Positions 12,501-24,500 of a stretch of DNA of 64,000 nt are shown here, in pieces. Both the position numbers and the translations under genes were made by a program. The stretch spans positions 6,140,001-6,204,000 of the forward strand of contig CM075992.1 of the NCBI GenBank assembly GCA_038087875.1, given 5' to 3'. The notes under the pieces are model-generated. The model did not search any database. It saw only the letters and a program-made list of their open reading frames with translations, and was not told the DNA's origin. The DNA is from Malacoraja senta. Lineage: Eukaryota. The first letter of the stretch is position 1, and the number at the start of each line of letters is the position of its first letter.

Positions 12501-15500
12501 GGAATTTGCACAGGGCAGCCGCCAGGAAATTACTCCTTAATTCCAGGGATCTGCAAAACAATCCTGGAGCATTCCCAATCCCATTCCCAATTTGAGATTT
12601 ATTCTCCACTTCATGGTGATGTGAAGACCTAATCCTCACAGATTTTCAAACCTGTGTATCTTTGAAGCGTGGGAGAGAACCGGTGCACCCGGAGAAAACC
12701 CACGCCGTCACGGGGAGAACGTGCAAACTCCATACAGACAGCATCCAGAGTCCATCGCTGCACTACTTTGCCACTGCGATGTTGTCTGTTACACAAGGAC
12801 TCTGGTGTCTGAGTGTGTTGGTATGAGCCCATAGAGGTGGGCTGTAGAGGCTTTGCAGGATGCTCACTCTGCAAAGTCCTCAACCAGTTGGGCATTACGG
12901 GGCTGGCAAAGAAGAGGGCCATTCAATCTGCAAGCGAAGCCGCAGAGAAAGCCACGAGGGTGGTTTTGGATTAAGAGGGCTGATCCATGGGCGGTTGCTG
13001 CTGGGACACAAGTCAGGGCTTGATCAACCCAGGCTGGGTCACCTGGGCGAGGGGGTCTGATCTTGTGAGACCCGAAACACCCGATGACCCTAGGTCACAT
13101 CATTGAGGATGCGTCCCAGCGCATCTAGAAGATGTATCTTTCACACAGTGGTACAGGGATAAAATCACAATAGTCATCTACAAAACTGGAATTCAAATCC
13201 CTCTACTCCAGCGGGAATTTAGAAAAATAATCATCAGTGATGGCACTCGTAAAATGAACAAAATGTCATGAAAACCCATTGGTTTCTCTAATCCCCTCCC
13301 TGGAAGGAAATCCGGTAATGTAACCAGCTCCAGCCGACATGATCAGAGTACCAATCTCTCTCAAAGTCCTCACCTTCACAGGTCTTATTTGCAGGGAGTC
13401 CGGTGGATGAAGCTGATGCCTGAAACCCTGCGTTGCAGTTGCACTGGTAGGAACCCAGCGTGTTGGTACAAGTTGCATTATGGTGACAGGGCGAGGATTC
13501 ACACTCATCGATATCTGTGTAAACAGTGAAAACCCTTCACAATTGTAAACGTTGTTCTCTGTTACACGAGGACTCTGGTGTCTGGACAGAGTATGTTGGT
13601 GGCGCAAGGATAAAATCAGCACAATAATCATCTACAAAACTGGAATTTAAATCCCACCACAGTGGCGGAAATTTGGAAAGCATCTAATCATCGGTAGTGG
13701 TGCTCACAAAGATGAACAAGTTGTCGTGAAAACCCGTTGGATTTTCTCATGTCTCCAGGGAGGAAAATCTGGTGTCATCACAAGGTCAAGCCCACATGAC
13801 CAATACGCCAATGTGGTTGACTCTTAGAGTCCTCACCTTCACAGGTCTTATTTGCACGGAGTCCAATGGACGAAGCTGATGTCTGAAACCCTGCGTTGCA
13901 GTTGCACTGGTAGGAACCCAGCATGTTGGTACAAGTTGTGTTATGGTGACAGGGCACTGATTTACACTCATCGATATCTGTGTAAACAGTGACAATAGTT
14001 AACAACAAAAACACATTGTTTACTCATTGTTAACCTGGTGTGATCGCCAGGCCTGGTCTATGTAACCAGAACCAATGTGGTGACTCTTAAATACTGCAGG
14101 GAATGTCCTTGGAAGTCGGTCGATTACTTGCCTTGGTTGCTCCAACAGCTGCTTCCAGACATTTTTACCTTTATCAGCAAATAGGACAAGGGCTTCAGGC
14201 ACTGGGAACACCACCACCCACAGGTTCCCCTCCAAGTCATGCACAACCCTATTTGGAAATACTTTGCTGGTCCTGCATCATTACTGGGTCTAAATCATGG
14301 ACCTCACCTTGTGAGCAACTAATATTCTGTTCCTTGAGCAGAGACACAACCAGTTCCTCACCACCAGCACACTCGCTGCTCTGGCTGAACCCACCGTTTG
14401 TGGGCCTGTACTTGTTGGAGTTTAGATGGATGATGGGGGAATCTCATTGCAACTTACTGAAGAATGAAAGGCCTGGATGGAAAGAATATGGAGAGGCTGT
14501 TTCTACTAGTGACCAAGTCTTCGAGTTTTTTTAAAGCGGAGATTGATAGGTTCTTCATTAGTACAGGTGTCAGGTTTATGGGGAGAAGGCAAGAGAATGG
14601 GTTTGAGAGGGAAAGATAGATCAGCCATGACTGAATAGTAGTGACTGGGTGGTCCGAAATGCCTGTTTCCGCGCTGCATCTCAAAACTAAACAATAAATC
14701 CAACCTTCACAGTCCTCTGCAGTGATGCCATTTGTCGCAGCTGATGCATGAAACCCTGCGATGCAGTTGCACCGGTAGGAACCCGGCGTGTTGTCACAAA
14801 ACGTGTGTTTTTGCCACAGGTTGCGGATTTGCATTCATCAATATATGTGGGAACAGTGAAAACCCTTCACAATAGTAACACAGTTTGCTCCCTGTTGCAC
14901 TCTGTAACTATGTTGATAGAATGGAGCTGCTGGGCTTGTCTACTCTGGAAGTTAGAAGGATGAGAGGCAATCTTATTGAAACATTTAAGATTATTAAGGG
15001 TTTGGACACGCTCGAGGCAGGAAACATGTTCCCGATATTGGGGGCGTCCAGAACCAGGGGCCATAGTTTAAGAATAAGAGGCAAGCCATTTAGAATAGAG
15101 ATGAGGAAAAACTTTTTCACACAGAGGGTTGTGAATCTGTGGATTTCTCTGCCTCAGGCCAATTCTCTCTGCTTTCAAGAGAGAGTTAGATAGAGCTCTT
15201 AAAGATAACAGAGACAGAGGATATGGCGAGAAGGCAGGAACGGGGTACTGATTGTGGATGATCAGCCATGATCACAGTGAAAGGTGGTGCTGGGTCGAGG
15301 GGCCAAATGGCCCACTCCTGCACCTATTGTCTAATGTCTGGATGCAGCAACACATCGGCGTGTGCCTTAAACACAGAGCAGACCCTCGTTGGAACAAAGG
15401 ATTAAGTGAAAGGTTGAGGGAGAAAGACAGGTGGAAAGAGTTAAGGAACAGATCTTCCTGGATCAAATGGAATTGAGGAACCAAATGGCCTTGGACAAGC

Positions 15501-18500
15501 CAGAAGCTGTGATGATTGCCCTCAATTCCATTGGACTGGAAGCTGTCTGTCGGTGAGTGGAAAGGTTGAGCAGTAACCCAGCCTTCTCTATCAGGGCAGT
15601 TGTGTAAAGAACCATGTCACAGTGTGGCTGGTGTGGGCAACATGGGGTGGTTGCAGACACAGGGTGTCCACTGCTCCGTTAATCTTTAACGTGGCACCGA
15701 GCCCAGACCGGGTCTGGCCACATCTGGACCTCCGCAAAATCGCCCCCTCCGCACGGAGCGAGACCTGCAGGTACGGCCTTGCACCGTGTGGGACCAGGGA
15801 ACTGGGACTGCAGTGAGCCCACCAGCTACAGCTGCTTGGACAGTTCCCGGAGGTGGCATTGTACCGTCCCCTGCTTCCAAGGGCTCTCCCCACTCCATCG
15901 ATCTGTTTCCCAGTGTTTAGTAGTGAGCTGAGCCTAGGCTGGAGCTTGGGACAGGAGTGACCACGGCTGCTGGCACTGCTGACCCGATGGGACATGTTCC
16001 TCAGCATGACACGGTCTCCATCCAAGGAACCTGGCTGGTCCTTAAACTCATCTCCCAATCTCTAATATATTTAGAATGAAAAGTAAGAAAAAGGCCTATT
16101 TAGGATTGATTGAACCCAGCTGACACAACCCACCACCACCCTGTGCTATTTCTTTTGGAATTTGCACAGGGCAGCCGCCAGGAAATTACTCCTTAATTCC
16201 AGGGATCTGCAAAACAATCCTGGAGCATTCCCAATCCCATTCCCAATTTGAGATTTATTCTCCACTTCATGGTGATGTGAAGACCTAATCCTCACAGATC
16301 TTCAAACCTGTGTATCTTTGAAGCATGGGAGGGAACCGGTGCACCCGGAGAAAACCCGCGCGGTCACGGGGAGAACGTGCAAACTCCATACAGACAGCAT
16401 CCAGAGTCCATCGCTGCACTACTTTGCCACTGCGATGTTGTCTGTTACACAAGGACTCTGGTGTCTGAGTGTGTTGGTATGAGCCCATAGAGGTGGGCTG
16501 TAGAGGCTTTGCAGGATGCTCACTCTGCAAAGTCCTCAACCAGTTGGGCATTACGGGGCTGGCAAAGAAGAGGGCCATTCAATCTGCAAGCGAAGCCGCA
16601 GAGAAAGCCACGAGGGTGGTTTTGGATTAAGAGGGCTGATCCATGGGCGGTTGCTGCTGGGACACAAGTCAGGGCTTGATCAACCCAGGCTGGGTCACCT
16701 GGGCGAGGGGGTCTGATCTTGTGAGACCCGAAACACCCGATGACCCTAGGTCACATCATTGAGGATGCGTCCCAGCGCATCTAGAAGATGTATCTTTCAC
16801 ACAGTGGTACAGGGATAAAATCACAATAGTCATCTACAAAACTGGAATTCAAATCCCTCTACTCCAGCGGGAATTTAGAAAAATAATCATCAGTGATGGC
16901 ACTCGTAAAATGAACAAAATGTCATGAAAACCCATTGGTTTCTCTAATCCCCTCCCTGGAAGGAAATCCGGTAATGTAACCAGCTCCAGCCGACATGATC
17001 AGAGTACCAATCTCTCTCAAAGTCCTCACCTTCACAGATCTTATTTGCACGGGGTCCGGTGGACGAAGCTGATGCCTGAAACCCTGCGTTGCAGTTGCAC
17101 TGGTAGGAACCCAGCGTGTTGGTACAAGTTGCGTTATGGTGACAGGGCGAGGATTCACACTCATCGATATCTGTGTAAACAGTGAAAACCCTTCACAATT
17201 GTAAACGTTGTTCTCTGTTCCACGAGGACTCTGGTGTCTGGACAGAGTATGTTGGTGGCGCAAGGATAAAATCAGCACAATAATCATCTACAAAACTGGA
17301 ATTTAAATCCCACCACAGTGGCGGAAATTTAGAAAGCATCTAATCATCGGTAGTGGTGCTCACAAAGATGAACAAGTTGTCGTGAAAACCCGTTGGATTT
17401 TCTCATGTCTCCAGGGAGGAAAATCTGGTGTCATCACAAGGTCAAGCCCACATGACCAATACGCCAATGTGGTTGACTCTTAGAGTCCTCACCTTCACAG
17501 GTCTTATTTGCACGGAGTCCAATGGACGAAGCTGATGTCTGAAACCCTGCGTTGCAGTTGCACTGGTAGGAACCCAGCATGTTGGTACAAGTTGTGTTAT
17601 GGTGACAGGGCACTGATTTACACTCATCGATATCTGTGTAAACAGTGACAATCGTTAACAACAAAAACACATTGTTTACTCATTGTTAACCTGGTGTGAT
17701 CGCCAGGCGTGGTCTATGTAACCAGAACCAACGTGGTGACTCTTAAATACTGCAGGGAATGTCCTTGGAAGTCAGTCGATTACTTGCCTTGGTTGCTCCA
17801 ACAGCTGCTTCCAGACATTTTTACCGTTATCAGCAAATAGGACAAGGGCTTCAGGCACTGGGAACACCACCACCCACAGGTTCCCCTCCAAGTCATGCAC
17901 AACCCTATTTGGAAATACTTTGCTGGTCTTGCATCATTACTGGGTCTAAATCATGGACCTCACCTTGTGAGCAACTAATATTCTGTTCCTTGAGCAGAGA
18001 CACAACCAGTTCCTCACCACCAACACACTCGCTGCTCTGGCTGAACCCACCGTTTGTGGGCCTGTACTTGTTGGAGTTTAGATGGATGATTGGGGAATCT
18101 CATTGCAACTTACTGAAGAATGAAAGGCGTGGATGGAAAGAATGTGGAGAGGCTGTTTCTACTAGTGACCAAGTCTTCGAGTTTTTTTAAAGCGGAGATT
18201 GATAGGTTCTTCATTAGTACAGGTGTCAGGTTTATGGGGAGAAGGCAAGAGAATGGGTTTGAGAAGGGAAGATAGATCAGCCATGACTGAATAGTGGTGA
18301 CTGGGTGGTCCGAAAGGCCTGTTTCTGCGCTGTATCTCAAAACTAAAGAATAAATCCAACCTTCACAGTCCTCTGCAGTGATGCCATTTGTCGCAGCTGA
18401 TGCATGAAACCCTGCGATGCAGTTGCACCGGTAGGAACCCGGCCTGTTGTCACAAAACGTGTGTTTTTGCCACAGGTTGCGGATTTGCATTCGTCAATAT

Positions 18501-21500
18501 ATGTGGGAACAGTGAAATCCCTTCACAATAGTAACACAGTTTGCTCGCTGTTGCACTCTGTAACTATGTTGATAGAATGGAGCTGCTGGGCTTGTCTACT
18601 CTGAAATTTAGAAGGATGAGAGGCAATCTTATTGAAACATTTAAGATTATTAAGGCTTTGGACACGCTCGAGGCAGGAAACATGTTCCCGATATTGGGGG
18701 CGTCCAGAACCAGGGGCCATAGTTTAAGAATAAGAGGCAAGCCATTGAGAATAGAGATGAGGAAAAACTTTTTCACACAGATGGTTGTGAATCTGTGCAA
18801 TTCTCAGCCTCAGGCCAATTCTCTCTGCTTTCAAGAGAGAGTTAGATAGAGCTCTTAAAGATAACAGAGTCAGGGGATATGGCGAGAAGGCAGGAACGGG
18901 GTACTGATTGTGGATGATCAGCCATGATCACAGTGAAAGTTGGTGCTGGGTCGAGGGGCCGAATGGCCTACTCCTGCATCTATTGTCTAATGTCTGGATG
19001 CAGCAACACACCGGCGTGTGCCTTAAACACAGGGCACACCCTCATTGGAACAAAGGATTAAGTGAAAGGTTGAGGTAGAAAGACAGGTGGATGGAGTTAA
19101 GGAACAGATCTTCCTGGACCAAATGGAATTGAGGAACCAAATGGCCTTGGACAAGCCAGAAGCTGTGATGATTGCCCTCGATTCCATTGGACTGGAAGCT
19201 GTCTGTCGGTGAGTGGAAAGGTTGAGCAGTAACCCAGCCTTCTCTATCAGGGCAGTTGTGTAAAGAACCATGTCACGGTGTGGCTGGTGTGGGCAACATG
19301 GGGTGGTTGCAGACACAGGGTGTCCACTGCTCCGTTAATCTTTAACGTGGCTCCGAGCCCAGACCGTGTCTGGCCACATCTGGACCTCCGCAAAATCGCC
19401 CCCTCCGCACGGAGCGAGACCTGCAGGTACGGCCTTGCACCGTGTGGGACCAGGGAACTGGGACTGCAGTGAGCCCACCAGCTACAACTGCTTGGACCAG
19501 TTCCCGGAGGTGGCATTGTACCGTCCCCTGCTTCCATGGGCTCTCGATCGATCTGTTTCCCAGTGTTTAGTAGTGAGCTGAGCCTAGGCTGGAGCTTGGG
19601 ACAGGAGTGACCACGGCTGCTGGCACTGCTGAGCCGATGGGACATGTTCCTCAGCATGACACGGTCTCCATCCAAGGAACATGGCTGGTCCATAAACTCA
19701 TCTCCCAATCTCTAATATATTTAGAATGAAAAGTAAGAAAAAGGCCTATTTTGGATTGATTGAACCCAGCTGACACAACCCACCACCACCCTCTGCTATT
19801 TCTTTTGGAATTTGCATAGTGCAGCCGCCAGGAAATTATTCCTTAATTCCAGGGATCTTCAAAACAATCCTGGAGCATTCCCAATCCCATTCCCAATTTG
19901 AAATATATTCTCCACTTCATGGTGATGTGAAGACCTTACACTCACAGATCTTCAAACCTGTGTATCTTTGAAGCGTGGGAGAAAACAGCTGCACCCGGAG
20001 AAAACCCGCGCGGTCACGGGGAGAACGTGCAAACTCTATACAGACAGCACCCAGAGTCCATCGCTGCACCACTCTGCCACTGTGATGTTCTCAGTTACAC
20101 GAGGACTCTGGTGTCTGAGTGTGTTGGTATGGGCCCATAGAGGTGGGCTGTAGAGGCTTTGCAGGACGCTCACTCTGCAAAGTCCTCAACCAGTTGGGCA
20201 TTACGGGGCTGGCAGAGAAGAGGGCCATTCAATCTGCAAGCGAAGCCGCAAAGAAAGCCACTAGGTGGCTTTGGATGAAATCTCCATTTTGTGGATAATT
20301 TAGGCCAGTATTCTCTGTGAGATGAAGTCCATACCTCACAGATCATCCCTGAACTGAGGCAGGAATTAAGAAAGTAATATCAGTATTGCTGCTCCCAAAA
20401 ATGGGCACGTTGTCATGGAAACCCATTGGTTTCTCTGATGCCCACCCCCAGTGAATGATATCTGATCCCCTCACCAAGACTACCCAATGTGATCAGATGC
20501 ACCAATGTCTCTTAAAGTCCTCACCTTGACAGATCTTCCCTCACCAGGTCAAGCCCATGTGACTAACGCACCAATGTGGTTGACTCTACCTGTCCTCACC
20601 TTCACAGGTCTTATTTGCACGGAGTCCGGTGGATGAAGCTGATGCCTGAAACCCAGCGTTGCAGTTGCACTGGTAAGAACCCAGCTTGTTGTTACAAGTT
20701 GTGTTATGGTGACAGGGCGAGGATCCACACTCATCGATATCTGTGTAAACAGTGACAATCGTTAACAACAAAAACACATTGTTTACTCATTGTTAACCTG
20801 GTGTGATCACCGGGCCTGGTCTATGTAACCAGAACCAATGTGGTGACTCTTAAATACTGCAGGGAATGTCCTTGGAAGTCAGTCGATTACTTGCCTTGGT
20901 TGCTCCAACAGCTGCTTCCAGACATTTTTACCTTTATCAGCAAATAGGACAAGGGCTTCAGGCACTGGGAACACCACCACCCACAGGTTCCCCTTCAAGT
21001 CATGCACAACCCTATTTGGAAATACTTTGCTGGTCCTGCATCATTACTGGGTCTAAATCATGGACCTCACCTTGTGAGCAACTAATATTCTGTTCCTTGA
21101 GCAGAGACACAACCAGTTCCTCACCACCAGCACACTCGCTGCTCTGGCTGAACCCACCGTTTGTGGGCCTGTTCTTATTGGAGTTCAAGATTCAAGAGAG
21201 TTTATTTTCATGTGTCCCTGATAGGACAATGAAATTCTTGCTTTGTTTCAGCACAACAGAACATAGTAGGCATGACTACAGAACAGATCAGTGTGTCCAT
21301 ATACCATTATATTAAATATATACACACATGAATAAATAAACTGATAAAGTGCAAATAACAGATAATGGGCTATTAATGTTCAGAGTTTTGTCCGAGCCAA
21401 GTTTAATAGCCTGATGGCTGTGGGGAACTAGCTATTCCTGAACCTGGTCGTTGCAGTCTTCAGGCTCCTGTACCTTCTACCTGATGGTAGCGGGGAGATG

Positions 21501-24500
21501 AGTGTGTGGCCCGGATGGTGTGGGTCCTTGATGATGCTGCCAGCCTTTTTGAGGCAGCGACTGCGATAGATCCCCTCGATGGAAGGGAGGTCAGAGCCGA
21601 TGATGGACTGGGCAGTGTTTACTACTTTTTGTAGTCTTTTCCTCTTTTAGGTTTCTGCAGCAACACAGAGCAGAAGGATGAGGGGGAATGCAGAGGCCCC
21701 CTAACCAAGTCTGGTGTACGACAGCCCCCAATAAGAGCTTTTATGCACGACCTTACCATCACCACAGCATTGGTCCCAGGAAGTAGGTGGATCCTACCCA
21801 GTCTTTAGAAACCTATCACCTGGGTAAGGATGAGTTTCAAGCCAACAAAGTCAAGGTCCTTTGTGCTGAAGAAGGGGAAGGTGACTGACAAATTCCACTT
21901 CTCACCATCCGGAACTGCCATTCCCTCCATCACTGAGCAACCTGTCAAGAGTTTTGACGAACTCTGAAAGACTCTGCCGCCATTCAAAAGTCCATCGAAG
22001 ACCTTGAAGCTTGGCTCACCAAAGTCGACAAGTCAGATCTGCCTGGCAGATTCAAGCCCTCGATCTATCGGCATTCCATCCTGCCCCGGGTCCTGTGGCC
22101 TCTGCTGGTTTACGCTGTTCCATTGACCACAGTTGAGTCCCTCGAAAGGAAGATGAGCGGCTTTCTCCGCAGGTGGCTTGGCCTTCCCCGCAGCCTCAAC
22201 AGTGCAGCACTGTATGGGACCAGTAACATCTTGCAGCTCCCATTCAGTGGCCTCACGGAAGAGTTTATGGTGGCGCAAACAAGAGAAGCTCTGCAGTACA
22301 GGGACTCCAGGGACCGGAAGGTGTCATCGGCTGGCATCGAGGTGAGAACAGGGAGGAAATGGAGGGCGGAGAAAGCAGTGGAGGTGGCAGAGCCACGCCT
22401 AAGGCAAAAGAAATTGGTGGGAGTCATGGAAACTGGCAGAGCGGGTTTGGGATACTTCCCTAAGACACCGGTTGGCAAGACCCAGGGCAAGGAGAGACAC
22501 CATCTAATCCAGTAAGAGGTCCGAGCAGGTGTGGAGGAAGAGCGTGTGAGCTGAAATTTCCACAGCACATCACAGCAACATCACTCCGGCCAGACATGAT
22601 CATCACCTCCGAAGTGACAAAACAGCTGATCATTCTGGAGCTGACAGTACCCTGGGAAGAGCGTATTGAAGAGGCTAATGAGAGGAAACGCACAAAGTAC
22701 CAGGAACTGGTGAAGATGTGCCAGGACAGAGCCTGCAAAGCCTCCACAGCTCACCTCTATGGGCTCATAGTATGAGCCCATAGAGGTGAGCTGTGGAGGC
22801 TTTGCAGGACGCTCACTCTGCAAAGTCCTCAACCAGTTGGGCATTACGGGGCTGGCAAAGAAGAGGGCCATTCAATCCGCAAGCGAAGCCGCAGAGAAAG
22901 CCACTAGGGTGGTTTTGGATTAAGAGGGCTGATCCATGGGCGATTGCTGCTGGGACACAAGTCAGGGCTTGATCAACCCCGGCTGGGTCACCTGGGCGAG
23001 GGGGTCTGATCTTGTGAGACCCGAAACACCCGATGACCCCAGGTCACTTCATTGAGGATGCGTCCCAGCGTATCTAGAAGATGTATCTTTCACACAGTGG
23101 TACAGGGATAAAATCACAATAGTCATCTACAAAACTGGAATTCAAATCCCTCTACTCCAGCGGGAATTTAGAAAAATAATCATCAGTGATGGCACTCGTA
23201 AAATGAACAAAATGTCATGAAAACCCATTGGTTTCTCTAATCCCCTCCCTGGAAGGAAATCCGGTAATGTAACCAGCTCCAGCCGACATGATCAGAGTAC
23301 CAATCTCTCTTAAAGTCCTCACCTTCACAGATCTTATTTGCAGGGAGTCCGGTGGACGAAGCTGATGCCTGAAACCCTACGTTGCAGTTGCACTGGTAGG
23401 AACCCAGCGTGTTGTTACAAGTTGCGTTATGGTGACAGGGTGAGGATTCACACTCATCGATATCTGTGTAAACAGTGACAATCATTAACAACAGAATCAC
23501 ATTGTTTACTTGTTGTTAACCTGGTGTGATCGCCAGGACTGGTCTCTGTGAACAGAACCAGCAATGTGGTGATTCTATAATGATGCCTGACGAGAGAGTG
23601 AAGCAAGGATTGTGACAGCAGCTCACTCTCACGTCCCTGTTGCTCTTCATCCACTCTCTGCCCTGCATGGACTTACCCCACATTATTAACCACTTCCATG
23701 GAGCCATCGTGTCACAGAGCAATACAGCACACAAACAGACCCTTCAGCCCTAATCATCCATGCTGAGCTAGTTGTTTAGTCCTACTCAGCTATGCCTGAC
23801 CCATACCCTTCCAATCCTTCCCTGTCCATGTACCTGTCAAAGTGTCTGATGTCGTAGGTACACAAAAATGCTGGAGAAACTCAGCGGGTGCAACAGCATC
23901 TATGGAGCGAAGGAAATAGGCAACGTTTCGGGCCGAAACCCTTCCCGATTTTCCAGCATCTGCAGTTCCTTCACGATTTTCCAGCATCTGCAGTTCCTTC
24001 TTAAACACTTTGTCTGATGTAGTATTTGTCCCACCTCGACCACTCCCTCTGGCAGCTCATTCCACTCTCACTCTGCGGAAAAGTTGTTCCTTCTCACCAT
24101 ATGCCTTGTTTTAGACTCTCCTATCCTGTGGAAAAGACTGTGGCTGTTCAACTTAGCCGAGGCCATAAAGCGTAGATTCAGCTGCACTTGGCACAAGAGT
24201 GGGGTCGAGTCATGTGCCTGGTAGTACTGTTGCCAGCGGCGCAGGTTCAATCCTGACCTCGGGTGCTGTCTATGTGGAGTTTGCCCGTTCTCCCTCTGAC
24301 CGCGTGTGTTGTCTCCGGGTCCTCCGGTTTCCTTCCACATCCCAGAGACATGTGGGTTTGCAGTGTAAATGTCATCTGTGACGTTGCCCCTAGTGTGCAG
24401 GGAGTGAATGAGAAAGTGGCATAACATAGTGTTCACTCGTGTGAGCAGGTGATCGATGGTCAGCATAGACTCGGTGGGCAGAATGGCTTGCCTCCATGCT

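Larger units (their letters stand above)
8540..20270. repeat. Tandem array II, ~3.65 kb units (2 live EGF exons + 1 dead exon + CR1 and HERO fragments)
   Basis: Homologous positions 9724/13374/17030, 10187/13837/17493 and 11055/14705/18361 (periods 3650 and 3656). Confidence 0.9.

Noticed and set aside
22123..22515. 130-aa ORF as a host gene
   Set aside because: Fragment of the degenerate HERO-like retrotransposon ORF, with flanking stops and frameshifts
590..23500. Regular repeats as a CRISPR-like or prokaryotic array
   Set aside because: Units are kb-sized exon+intron duplications with GT-AG sites in vertebrate DNA; there are no short repeats with unique spacers and no cas genes
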